64,000 bases of DNA from a virus. The DNA lies in IMG/VR virus record IMGVR_UViG_3300045988_183936, positions 2,626-66,625 of that record. The stretch is one strand, 5' to 3'. The notes below the pieces were generated by a model. That model was not told the DNA's origin, ran no database searches, and saw nothing but the letters and a program-made list of their open reading frames with translations. Position numbers and translations under genes: made by a program. Shown in pieces: positions 45,931 to 56,300 of this stretch. Position 1 is the stretch's first letter. Every line of letters starts with the position of its first letter.

Positions 45931-48900
45931 TTACTCGGCGAACTGCTCCTTCTTGCGACGGAACATGAACATCGCCGTAGCGCAGCAAGCGATGGCACTG
46001 AACGTACTCAGCATAGCCCACAGGCCGATGCCTTCATCGCCGGTCTGGACGCTATCGCGGAAGTACACAGTCTGAGCACCGTCCATCAGGTCGTTGTGGG
46101 TAGCAATGACATTACCCGCCTCAGCACGACCCTCATACAGAGTCTCGAACACCACGAGCGCATGGTCCTTCAGCTTGGATGCGTCGAACTTGAACGTAAC
46201 ATTCACAGCCCCGTTGGAGGACTTGGGCGTAAAGGTCGTGGTAGCCGTTACCAGATTCCCCTTATTGTCCTTGAGGGCAACACCGGAATCCTTATCCATC
46301 AGCGTACCAACCAGCACGTAGGTCTTGCCCACAGTCAGGCCGGTGTAGTTGACGGTGTCCACGATTTTCACGTTCTTGCCAGCCACGGAGTTCTTCTTGT
46401 CCTTGCCGTCGAAGGTGGCAGTCGTAGAGATGCTCGGACCGGAATAGGTCGGGATGCGCTTGATAGTCACGGTCTGGTCAACATCGTTGATGTCGGTGTG
46501 CGTAGCGACCGTAGTGCCATTGCGGGTCAGAGTCTCGAACACGACCAGCGTCTTGCCACCCAGAATGGAGGCATCGAACACGAAGCTCACATCCACAGTA
46601 CCGTCAGAGGACTTGGCCTCGAACTCGGTAGTGGCGGTGATTTCCTTGTTGTTGCGGCCCAGAACAGGCTCACCTGTCGCCTTGTCCATCAGCTTGCCGA
46701 TTACGGTGTACTTATTGCCGGCAATCAGGCCCTTATAGGACACGGTATCGACCAGCTCGACCTTGCTGTAGGCCCAGAATTCCTTCTTGCCATCAGCAGC
46801 GTTCTTAGCGGAGGTCTTGATTTCAGGGCTGTTGACAGTCACAGTCTGGTCAACATCGTCGATGTCGGCGTGAACTGCGATTTCAATGTCCTTGTACTGC
46901 AGGGACTCGAACACAACGATAGACTGGCCGCGCAGCAGAGATGCATCGAGCACGAAGAACACGTCAACGGTGCCGTTGGACGCCTCAGCGGTGAAAGTAA
47001 CGGAGGAGATAATTTCCTTTCCGTCCTTATCCTTCAGGGGCTCGTTGGTGGCCTTGTTCATCAGCTTACCGGAAACAGTGTACTTCTCCCCAGCAATCAG
47101 GCCCTTATAGGACACGGTATCCTTGATTTCAGCGCGAGCTTCGGGGTCAAGAGTCTTGCCGTTGGTGGCGTTGTTCACGGCCTTGGTGCCGATTTCGGGA
47201 ACGCCGATGGTAACGGTCTGGCCCTCATCGTTGATGTCCTCATGGCTCACAAACACGGGCTTATCGGAGTCACCGGGAACAATCTCGTTGCCCAGATACA
47301 CACGCTCGAATACCACCAGAGACTTGCCGGCCAGCTCAGTGGCATTGAAGACGAACTTCACGTCCACAGTGCCAGTAGCCTGCTCAGGAGTGAACACCTT
47401 GTAGGCGGTAATGGGCTCGCCCTTGGCATCGGTGACGGGCTTGCCGGTTGCCTTATCCATCAGAGTACCGATAGCAATGAACTCCTTACCCACAGGCATA
47501 TTCTCATAGGAGATGGTATCAACCAGAATCACATCGTCCAGAGGCATAAATTCCTTGCCGCCGGCGGAGTTCTTCGCGGTAGTACCAATCTTGGGATTCA
47601 GGACGGTCACGGTCTGGTCAACATCGTTGATGTCGGCATGAGTCGCAACGACCTTCTCACCACGCTTCAGGTCCTCGAAAGCAACGAGGGACTCGCCGCC
47701 CAGCAGAGAAGCATCGAAGGTGAACTCCAGCTCCACATAGCCGGTAAAGTCGGCCTCGGCCTTGAAGGTCTTGGAAGCAGTGATGCGGTTGCCCTGAGCA
47801 TCCAGCAGAGGCTCACCAGTGGACTTAACCACCAGATAGCCCTCGACCGTATAGGTCTTGTTGGGGATGACATCAGTGCATTCCACCTTATCAATGATAG
47901 TGACGGAGGTGGAAGGAATGATTTCCTTGTTGCCGTCCTTATCGGTGGCAGTGGTCTTGACCTTGGGGGTCACGGCCTCATCCTCAGCGACGATGCTCAC
48001 GGTCACAAGACCGGTCTCAGCGTCCAGAGAGATGGTGTCGGGAGTGACATCAAAGCGGATGGGAGTGTCCATCAGCTCGTAGCCCTTGGGGGCCTTGGTC
48101 TCGACCAGATGATAGCCCTCGCCATAAGGCAGGACCAGAGGAGTCACAAAGTAACCCTCGTCATTGGTCACGAATGTATCAATATACTTGACAGTGGGAT
48201 AAGTGACCTTCTGAGACACCTTGTTGCCATCGGGGTCATAAATCTGGAATTCAGCGCCGCCCCAAGGAATGACTTCGCCATCGAACTCATCGACCTTCAC
48301 AACGCGCAGATACGCAGTGATGGGGCCGTTGTTGACAGCCAAATCATGATGGTCACGGTCAACTTCGCCAACCAGAACGGTGAACTCAGGCGCGAGCCCC
48401 GCACCCTTATCCCCGGCCTTGGTCTGATGCACCACATAGGTGCCGTAGGGCAGCTCGATGGACTTGCCGCTGTAACCCAGCTCATTGGTGGTCAGCGTAC
48501 CACGCTCGTCCTCCTTGGCGTTCTCATAGGAGCCAGCAGACTGCAGCCAGTAGATGAACTCAGCGCCGCCCTCGAACTTAGCGGGGCCGGAAGTGCCATC
48601 GGAGATGAACTTGGTGATAGCGAACGTACCACGGTTGATGACCTCAACAGAGGTAATCAGAGGAGCAGAGTTGTGCTCAATGGTGTAGTTCTCAGGCTCA
48701 GAACCAACGGGATACACGGTCTCGTCAATCTGATAGCCGGTAGGAGCCTTGATTTCACGGATGGTGTAATCGTAGCCGCAGTTGTACTCGTCGGTCGTGA
48801 ACGTGCCGTCCTTACCGATGACGTACTCCTTCACCAGCTCGTCGCCCTTATACAGACCATACACAGCACCCTCGAAAACGCCATCGCCGCGAGGAATGTC

Positions 48901-51561
48901 AACGGTCTCGGAGTCGGTCTTCTTGACAGTGACCTTCCACTTCTTCAGTACGTTGCTCACAGCCGTATCGGTCGTCTTCTGGTACTCGACCACAAGACCT
49001 TCCTGAACAGCGGGGATGACGTACTTCACAGCGGTATCGACTTCCTCCAGCGTGTAGTTATTGCCAATCAGGACATCCTTGAAGATGGCAACGCCGTCAG
49101 CGTTGGTGGTAGCGGTCATATCCACAGCATCGCCGGAAATGGCAGTGCCGTACAGACGGAAGGTAATACCCTCGACCAGACCATCCTCGGAGGTCTTGGT
49201 CACGCGCAGGTCGCCGCGCTTGAGCTTGTTGTAGACTTCCACATCAGTGGTGTTGCCCAGCGTCACCTTGACGCCAGCCTTTACACCAGGAACAACGTAC
49301 TTCGCAGCGGTGTTGACTTCTTCAACGCTGTAATTGTTGCCAATCAGAACGTTATTGAAAGTAGCAATACCGTTTGCGTCAGTAACAGCGGTCATATCAA
49401 CGGTCTCACCGTTGATGGCCGTGCCGTACAGCCGGAACGTGATACCAGCGGTCTTGCCGTCCTCAGAGGTCTTCTTGACCTCAACGGCGCCGCGAGCCAG
49501 CTTGTTCTCGAACTGCAGGTTGGTCGTTTTGTTCAGAGAAATAGTCACGCCCTCCTGAATGGTGGGAACGACATATCTCTCAGCGGTGTTGATTTCCTGC
49601 ACGGTGTAGTTGTTACCGATAAGGATATCCTTAAACAGAATCACACCGTTTTCATCGGTGGTAGCCGTCTCGTTGACAGCCGCACCGGAGATGGAAGTAC
49701 CGGACAGGCGGAAAGTCATACCGGACACGAAGCCATCCTCGGAAGTCTTCGTGATTTTCAGATTACCGCGAGCCAGCTTATTCTCGAACTTGGCTTCAGT
49801 GGCGGCGTTGTACTCAACGACAACACCAGCCTGAACTTCAGGAACCACATACTTTGCAGCGGTATTGATTTCCTCAAGTTTGTAGTTCTTACCAATGGGA
49901 ACGTTGTTGAAAGTGGCAACGCCGTTCGCATCGGTAGTAGCGGTCATGTTCACGGACGTACCGCCGGCGGAAGTGCCGGACAGCCGGAAGGTATGACCGG
50001 CAACCTGACCATCCTCAGACATCTTTGTAATCTTGACAGTGCCCTTCTTCAGAACGTTGTTGAAGCTCACTGTCTTGACGTCTCCGATTGCGATGCTCAC
50101 GGTCTGAGACGTCGTCGGAATGTAGTTATCCGACATCTTCTCTGTCACGGTGTACGTACCGGGCTGCAGGTCAGCAATGGTGATTTTGCCGTTGGCAGCA
50201 GTCGTCACGGTTTTATTGAAACCGTTGGGACCGGTCACGGTGAAGCTCACGCCACTGACCTTGCCATCCTCAGAGGTCTTGGCAATGGTCAGGTCTCCGG
50301 TGGTCTTCGTGACCTTTGCTCTGACGTAAGCCGTAACAGGGTCAGGCCAACCATTCAGAGCAACGCAGTCCTGCTTGTCTCCGCCAGCGACAAGAACATA
50401 GGCGTTGACGCTATCGGGGTCAATCACATTGCCCTCAGAAGCATACGACGCAATACCGTTTAGCATACTCTTAGCAGCCTCGGCTGTAGCATTGATTGTC
50501 AAATTATAGCCGCTTTGAATGGTAGTAACTCCCGGCAGGCTGAACGTGAAGTCATCAAAGTTCGGCAGAACTCTGTTGGAGTCATATTCTGTAGCTGTCC
50601 ACTTTGTGCCATCCCACGACAGTTCGATATCTTTTCTTGAGTCAGTAGGCCTATATACGGCAAAACTCGGAATTTCAGCGTGCTGGTTAATCTTCTCCCA
50701 GATATAATCATGTGCTGCCTTGATAGGCTCTGCAACAGAGGCATCATAGGAATGACCGGGACCCACAAACAGGTCACTCAGGTCTCTGTAGCCACCAACG
50801 ATTTCCCAGATAACTTCCTGTGTGGCACACCACGCATAAGTGCCGTTGCCAGCATACCAGAGCAATGTCGAGTCGTCTACCCCACCGTAGCCATAGGCAA
50901 GAGCAAGACGGACATCATCGCTACCCCAAAAAGTATTTGCATCAACAGAAGTGCCACTACCGGGAGCTCCCTTGTGAGGTTCGATACAATAAGCGGGCTG
51001 GCCGTTGAAATATTTTACAACAGCGCTTGTATACGGCTCAAATTCTGACAGCCACGTACTGTTGTAACTCATATCGTCACCGGTCGTAATGGTTCCGGAG
51101 GAACGAGCGGGTGCTCTCATGGCACTGATAGCCCTGGGTGCGTTCTGCGCTGACCCGTAAAGGACGGAAACGCTTACAGGCGTATCCTCTCCAGCGTAGG
51201 GGTCCTGAAGCCCCTCCTCCGTCACGGACGTTTTGACAGACTCATCCTTACCAGCCCCGGATTTATCTTCATCCAGAGCAGCCTGCCCATTTTCGGAGGA
51301 GCTTTCTTTATCCTCAATGACGGGAGAATCGGACTTCTCACTGTCATCAGGATTCTTTGTGTCTTCTGTGGCGTTATAAACCAAATCGCCATCGCCAGAA
51401 TCAGTCTTCCCGACCTCCACAGGGTCAGAAACACTTTCAATAACGACCGAATTGCTGCCGCCATCCGCATCCGCTGCATACACGGACGTCGGGAGCAATC
51501 CAACCACCATCACCAGCGTCAGCAACATAGCTACTACGCCACGCAGCTTCTTGTGTTTCAT
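45931..51561 (-). CDS. sortase-anchored giant adhesin (1876 aa): signal peptide, thioester-like N-terminal domain, Cna-B-type repeats, VaFE-type repeats, C-terminal sorting signal
   Basis: Signal MKHKKLRGVVAMLLTLVMVVGLLPTSVYA. AYCIEP and TQEVIW (TQxxIW) motifs. More than 8 KTSEDG...TATTD.NG.A.F repeats. LVVFE(T/S)L...HxDINDxDQTV repeats. C-terminal VQTGDEG plus TM plus RRKKEQ. Confidence 0.8.
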   Translation of the reverse strand: MKHKKLRGVVAMLLTLVMVVGLLPTSVYAADADGGSNSVVIESVSDPVEVGKTDSGDGDLVYNATEDTKNPDDSEKSDSPVIEDKESSSENGQAALDEDKSGAGKDESVKTSVTEEGLQDPYAGEDTPVSVSVLYGSAQNAPRAISAMRAPARSSGTITTGDDMSYNSTWLSEFEPYTSAVVKYFNGQPAYCIEPHKGAPGSGTSVDANTFWGSDDVRLALAYGYGGVDDSTLLWYAGNGTYAWCATQEVIWEIVGGYRDLSDLFVGPGHSYDASVAEPIKAAHDYIWEKINQHAEIPSFAVYRPTDSRKDIELSWDGTKWTATEYDSNRVLPNFDDFTFSLPGVTTIQSGYNLTINATAEAAKSMLNGIASYASEGNVIDPDSVNAYVLVAGGDKQDCVALNGWPDPVTAYVRAKVTKTTGDLTIAKTSEDGKVSGVSFTVTGPNGFNKTVTTAANGKITIADLQPGTYTVTEKMSDNYIPTTSQTVSIAIGDVKTVSFNNVLKKGTVKITKMSEDGQVAGHTFRLSGTSAGGTSVNMTATTDANGVATFNNVPIGKNYKLEEINTAAKYVVPEVQAGVVVEYNAATEAKFENKLARGNLKITKTSEDGFVSGMTFRLSGTSISGAAVNETATTDENGVILFKDILIGNNYTVQEINTAERYVVPTIQEGVTISLNKTTNLQFENKLARGAVEVKKTSEDGKTAGITFRLYGTAINGETVDMTAVTDANGIATFNNVLIGNNYSVEEVNTAAKYVVPGVKAGVKVTLGNTTDVEVYNKLKRGDLRVTKTSEDGLVEGITFRLYGTAISGDAVDMTATTNADGVAIFKDVLIGNNYTLEEVDTAVKYVIPAVQEGLVVEYQKTTDTAVSNVLKKWKVTVKKTDSETVDIPRGDGVFEGAVYGLYKGDELVKEYVIGKDGTFTTDEYNCGYDYTIREIKAPTGYQIDETVYPVGSEPENYTIEHNSAPLITSVEVINRGTFAITKFISDGTSGPAKFEGGAEFIYWLQSAGSYENAKEDERGTLTTNELGYSGKSIELPYGTYVVHQTKAGDKGAGLAPEFTVLVGEVDRDHHDLAVNNGPITAYLRVVKVDEFDGEVIPWGGAEFQIYDPDGNKVSQKVTYPTVKYIDTFVTNDEGYFVTPLVLPYGEGYHLVETKAPKGYELMDTPIRFDVTPDTISLDAETGLVTVSIVAEDEAVTPKVKTTATDKDGNKEIIPSTSVTIIDKVECTDVIPNKTYTVEGYLVVKSTGEPLLDAQGNRITASKTFKAEADFTGYVELEFTFDASLLGGESLVAFEDLKRGEKVVATHADINDVDQTVTVLNPKIGTTAKNSAGGKEFMPLDDVILVDTISYENMPVGKEFIAIGTLMDKATGKPVTDAKGEPITAYKVFTPEQATGTVDVKFVFNATELAGKSLVVFERVYLGNEIVPGDSDKPVFVSHEDINDEGQTVTIGVPEIGTKAVNNATNGKTLDPEARAEIKDTVSYKGLIAGEKYTVSGKLMNKATNEPLKDKDGKEIISSVTFTAEASNGTVDVFFVLDASLLRGQSIVVFESLQYKDIEIAVHADIDDVDQTVTVNSPEIKTSAKNAADGKKEFWAYSKVELVDTVSYKGLIAGNKYTVIGKLMDKATGEPVLGRNNKEITATTEFEAKSSDGTVDVSFVFDASILGGKTLVVFETLTRNGTTVATHTDINDVDQTVTIKRIPTYSGPSISTTATFDGKDKKNSVAGKNVKIVDTVNYTGLTVGKTYVLVGTLMDKDSGVALKDNKGNLVTATTTFTPKSSNGAVNVTFKFDASKLKDHALVVFETLYEGRAEAGNVIATHNDLMDGAQTVYFRDSVQTGDEGIGLWAMLSTFSAIACCATAMFMFRRKKEQFAE

Positions 51562-51830
51562 GGTTTTTGAAATCTCCTTTCAAAAATTTTTGAAGATTAA
51601 CCGGCCTTCCTACCTTTACATGAATATGATATTTTGCCAAGTTCGAGATGCAAAAAAGGCAGGAGACCGACGCTCTCCATAATCCCATAGTAGCATATTC
51701 GATTATATTGTCAACACATCTGAAGCTGCAAAATTCCAGCCGAACAATAAGCATCAGCATCTTTTTCTTGCAGGAGGCGCAAAAAAAAGCAGCGGCTATG
51801 CCGCTGCTTTTCTGACTTAATTGAAACTTG

Positions 51831-53013
51831 TTACGCTGCGTAGTAAACGAAAATCTCGTGGTATCCAGCAGAGGCATTCCAACGAACCACACAGTTGACG
51901 GCGGAAGCGCAACCCTCAGGGACTTCATCAACAGGACTCCAACGCCCAAGGCGGATGGCAGTTTCCTTAACATAATCCACCTTCTGCTTAATTGCAGACT
52001 CAACCCATTCCTGATTCCAACAAGACTCAGGACAATCGCGCTCCAAGTAAATGGGAGGGAAATAGCTTCTGCTGCCATCCCAAATCTCAAAACCTACGCT
52101 TTCCGCGTAAGCATTTCCAGCAGCCATAGCTGCGGAACAGTCGATATCAGCCTTGGTGGGCTTGGTGGGCTCGGTGGGAGTAGCAGAACCACCACCAGTG
52201 GAACCGCTGTTGTCGTCAGAGGGCTTGCTGGGAGTAGTGCTGCCACCGTTGTTGCCGGTGTTACCGCCGGAGGGCTGGTCAGGCGTGGTAGTCTGCTTGT
52301 TGTTCTGGTAGTAGGCCCAAGCCTCGTCAGCGGTACGACCGCCGGCTGCCTTCTTAGAACCCGCGCCCCACTGACCGTCAGCGGTCACGCCATACCAACG
52401 CTGCAGCTCCTTCACCTGAGCAGTAGTCAGGCTGCCGTTGTCATAGCTGGGAGTAGAGGGCTTCTGAGAGGGGGTCTCCGTCTTGGTGTCATTCTTGGTA
52501 TCGCTCTTGTTGTCAGACTTGTTATCCGTCTTCGTGTCGGTCTTGGTGTCCGTCTTAGAGGTGTCCTGCTTATTGTCAGCGGGCTTCTGCTCACCCTTCT
52601 TGGACTCGTCAACCTTAGTCTCGGTCTTCTTATCGTCGGCCTTGACCTCATCCTTGGCATCGGTCTTATCCTCGGTCTTCTGAGCATCATCGACCTTGGG
52701 TTCCTCCGCCTTCTCATCTGTCACGTTTCCGGACTGCTCGACATAAGCGGTGATATCCTCCGCCTTGACGACCACATTGCCATCCGCATCCAGCACATTG
52801 CCGTCCGCATCCAGCGTGAAGTCGGTCACTGCCTTGCCGTCCTTGTCCACCAGAACCTTTTCGCCGGTCTCAGTCGTCTGCACGTAGCATCCGATTTCCT
52901 CGCCGGTCTTGGTTTCCTCGCTGGCCTTGTTGCCACAGGCCACCAAACTCATGGTCATCACCAGAGCCAGCAGCAGGGCCATAAAATTCTTCATCTTTTT
53001 CATTGTCATAGTT
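51831..53013 (-). CDS. lipoprotein with K/D/T-rich low-complexity repeats (about 394 aa)
   Basis: Start at MKKMKNF (53013 or 53019) after gaaaggaac. Lipobox LVACG. TKTDTKTDTKTDNKSDNKSD repeats. Cys-rich C-terminal domain. Confidence 0.55.
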
Positions 53014-53113
53014 CCTTTCTTAAAATTCAAAATTTGCTCAGGGAATGTATTCAAATAAATGACCAGTGCGCGAGGATTTGTTCTGTGGAAACTTGACATT
53101 ATTTTTGATGTGC

Positions 53114-53146
53114 TGACTATAACACGAATATAAAAAAATGTCAAGT
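53114..53146 (-). promoter_or_regulatory. promoter for the lipoprotein gene (same module as 33562-33594)
   Basis: Minus strand: gacTTGACAtttttttatattcgtgTTATAGTc. Confidence 0.5.
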
Positions 53147-53350
53147 CTCGATTTTGTAAAAATATGAATCTGAGGTGCGAAAAGCACAAGGTCTTGTGTT
53201 CCAAAAAATCTGAAACCCTTGATGTAGCAACAGCTTCAGCAGTCCACTGCCCTCCAAATTTCTCCTGAAAAATTTTTGCAAAAAAATTGAGCCGGAGGTT
53301 TTCTCCGGCCCAATTTTGGGTTTCTATGAGGTCTGCTGACCCCATTTAAG

Positions 53351-56300
53351 TTATTTGTTCTTCTTGCGCTTGATGGTGGACACGACCACAACCACAACTA
53401 CCGCACCCAGAGCAATCGCTCCGATTGCGATGTAGATGCCGATTCCGCTATCGCCGGTCTTGGGAGAAACGGTGACAGTCACAGTCTGACCAGCATCATT
53501 GATATCGGTATGGCTCAGGTACGGAGTGCCAGCCACGTCCTTACCGACGTACATTTCCTCAAATACGACAATCTTCGCACCCTTGATGTTCCCCGCGTTA
53601 AAGGAGAACTTCATATCAACGGAGCCATCGGAGGTCTTCGGGGTAAATGTCAGCGTGGAGGTCACTTCCCTATCGTTCGTGTCGCGGAGCGCCACGCCCG
53701 TCTGAGCATCCATCAACTTACCAACCAGCGTGTAGGTCTGGCCGACAGTCAGACCGGAGTAGCTCACGGTATCCACAATCACAAGGCGAGAGGCATAGCC
53801 GCTGGACTTGGCGCCATTGGCAAATGTTGCCGTCGTACTCATGGTAGGACCGCTGCGATAATGGATACGGTCAACGGTCACGGTCTGCTCCTCATCCGTG
53901 ATGTCGGCGTGAGCAGCGATACTCATGCTGTCATAGAAGAGTTCCTCGTAGACAACAAGGGTCTTCCCTGCCACGGAACGAGCGCTGAAGATGAAGGATA
54001 CGGTCGTTGTGCCATCAGCCTTTTCAGGAGTAAAGGTCGCTGTAGCGGTCAAAGGCTTATTGTCCTTGTCCATTACGGCCTTACCCTCGAACTTGTCGCC
54101 AGTCTTCACCTTCTCCATCAGAGTACCGACCAGTGTGTACTCATGGCCGGGAATGAGACCTGTGTAGGTCACAGTATCGACCAGTTCGGCCTTTTCATAC
54201 GGTGAGAAAGTCTTCTTTCCGGTGGAGGCATTGGAAGCAGATGTCTTGACAGACGGGTTTGTGAAGGTAACGGTCTGAGCAGCATCCTCCAAGTCCTCGT
54301 GAGTTGTCAGTGCGGTTTCATCGCCATCATTATAGAAGAGGTACTCGAAAACAACGACATCCTTACCTGCAAGGGCTTTACCATCGAACTCGAATACCAC
54401 ATCGACGGAACCGGAAAGCGCATCGGGAGTAAAGGATGTAGAAGCCGTGACAGGATTGCCGTCCTTATCATTCACTGCCTCGCCAGATGCCTTATCCATC
54501 AGCTTTCCGGCAAGCGTATACTTGTGGGCAGCGGAGAGATGGTCATACTTCACGGTATCGACCAAAACAACCTTTTCTGCAGGGTCGAACAGCTTTCCGC
54601 CATCGGCCTTGTTGGTCGCAGTAGTACCAACAATAATGGGAGCCTTGACGTCAACAGACTGGTCTTCGTCATTGATATCCTTGTGAGATGCAACAACGGA
54701 ATTACCATAGTACAGGTTCTCAAAAACGACCAGCGTACGTCCAAAGAAAGTACGTGCGTCGAACTTGAACTCAACAACCACGGAACCACTCTCCGCCTCA
54801 GGCGTAAAGGTGGTCTCTGCGGTGATGGTCTTCCCTCCTGTGTTCTCTACGGGCTTGCCGGTTGCCTTATCCATCAGAGTACCGACAACCTTGTACGTAT
54901 GCCCGACGATGAGGCCTTCGTAGGTCACGGTATCCTTCAGTACGACATCAGCAGTAGGCTCAAACACCTTCGTGCTATCAGCGGCGTTCTCAGCGGAGGT
55001 CTTGATGGAAGACTTCACCACGGTCACGGTCTGGTCAGCATCCTCAATATCCTTATGAGCCGCAACAGGGTTCTTATCGTCGGCGTTAAAGAACAGCTCT
55101 TCAAATACCACGATGTCACGTCCCTTTACGGAGGAGGCGTCAAACTCGATTGCAGCGACGACCGAGCCGGCAGTGCTCTCCGGAGCGAACTGCATCTCCG
55201 CAACAACAGGTACACCGTTGTTCAGCACAGGCTCACCGGTGGTCTTGTCAACCAAGCTGCTTCTCAGCGTGTAGGTGTGACCGGTAGACAGGTGGCGATA
55301 CACCACGGTATCGTTGATGATAGAGGTTTCAGAGGCATCAATGAGCTTGCCCTCATCAACTGCGCTCACCGCGATAGTTCGCATAATTTCAGGGTTATGG
55401 ACCGTGGTGGTTTGCTCCTCATCATTGATATCCTCGTGAGATGCAATGACAGTCCCGTTAAACAGGAGCTTCTCAAATGCCACGATAGTCTTACCGTACA
55501 GTTCGGTTGCAACAAAGGTAAACTCAACATCGACCGTACCGCAGGCAGCTTCGGGGACGAACTCGACGGAAGCAGTTACGATGTTTCCATCAATATCCTT
55601 GATGGCTTTCCCAGTTTCCTCATCCATCAGGGTTCCGGTCACGGTGTACTTGTGCCCCACAATAAGGTTGTTGTAGAACACAGTATCCTTCAGCGTGACC
55701 GTGGTATCCGGCTCAAACACCTTGCCGTTATCCTCTTTGTTCACGGCAACAGTCTGTACTTCAGGGTTCGTCACAGAGACGGTCTGGCTGCCATCGTCGA
55801 TATCCTTATGGACTGCGACAGGTTCGGTATCGTCAACGTTAAAGTAGATTTCCTCGAATACGACAACATCCTTACCCTTCAAGAAAGAGGCATTGAAAGT
55901 GAACTGCATATCCACAGAGCCGCTTGTTGCCGCAGGCGTGAAGACCTGTTCGAATACAACCTCTGTTCCACCGTTCTTGATAGGTTCGCCAGTCTCCTTG
56001 TTCATCAGCGTACCACGCAGCGTGTACTCGTGGCCGGTGGAGAGATGCTCATAGGTTACAGTATCGGTGATTTTCACGTTTGCAGCGGGGTCAATGAACT
56101 TACCGCCATCAAGTGTTCCAACTGCTGTCGTACCAGTGATATTGGGGTTATGGACCTGCACGGTCTGCCCCTTATCATTGATATTTTCGTGAGAGGCAAT
56201 CTCGGTATCGTTGTAGAAAATCTTCTCAAATACCACGAGGTCTTTGCCGAACAGCTCGGTAGCAGCAAAGGTGAACTCAACATCAATGCTGCCGCTGGCA

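Noticed and set aside
45907-50463. 1518-aa plus-strand ORF
   Set aside because: It is antisense to the repeat-rich adhesin gene. Low-complexity repetitive DNA gives long open antisense frames. It has no RBS or signal, and the minus-strand protein has a signal peptide, domain repeats and a sorting signal.
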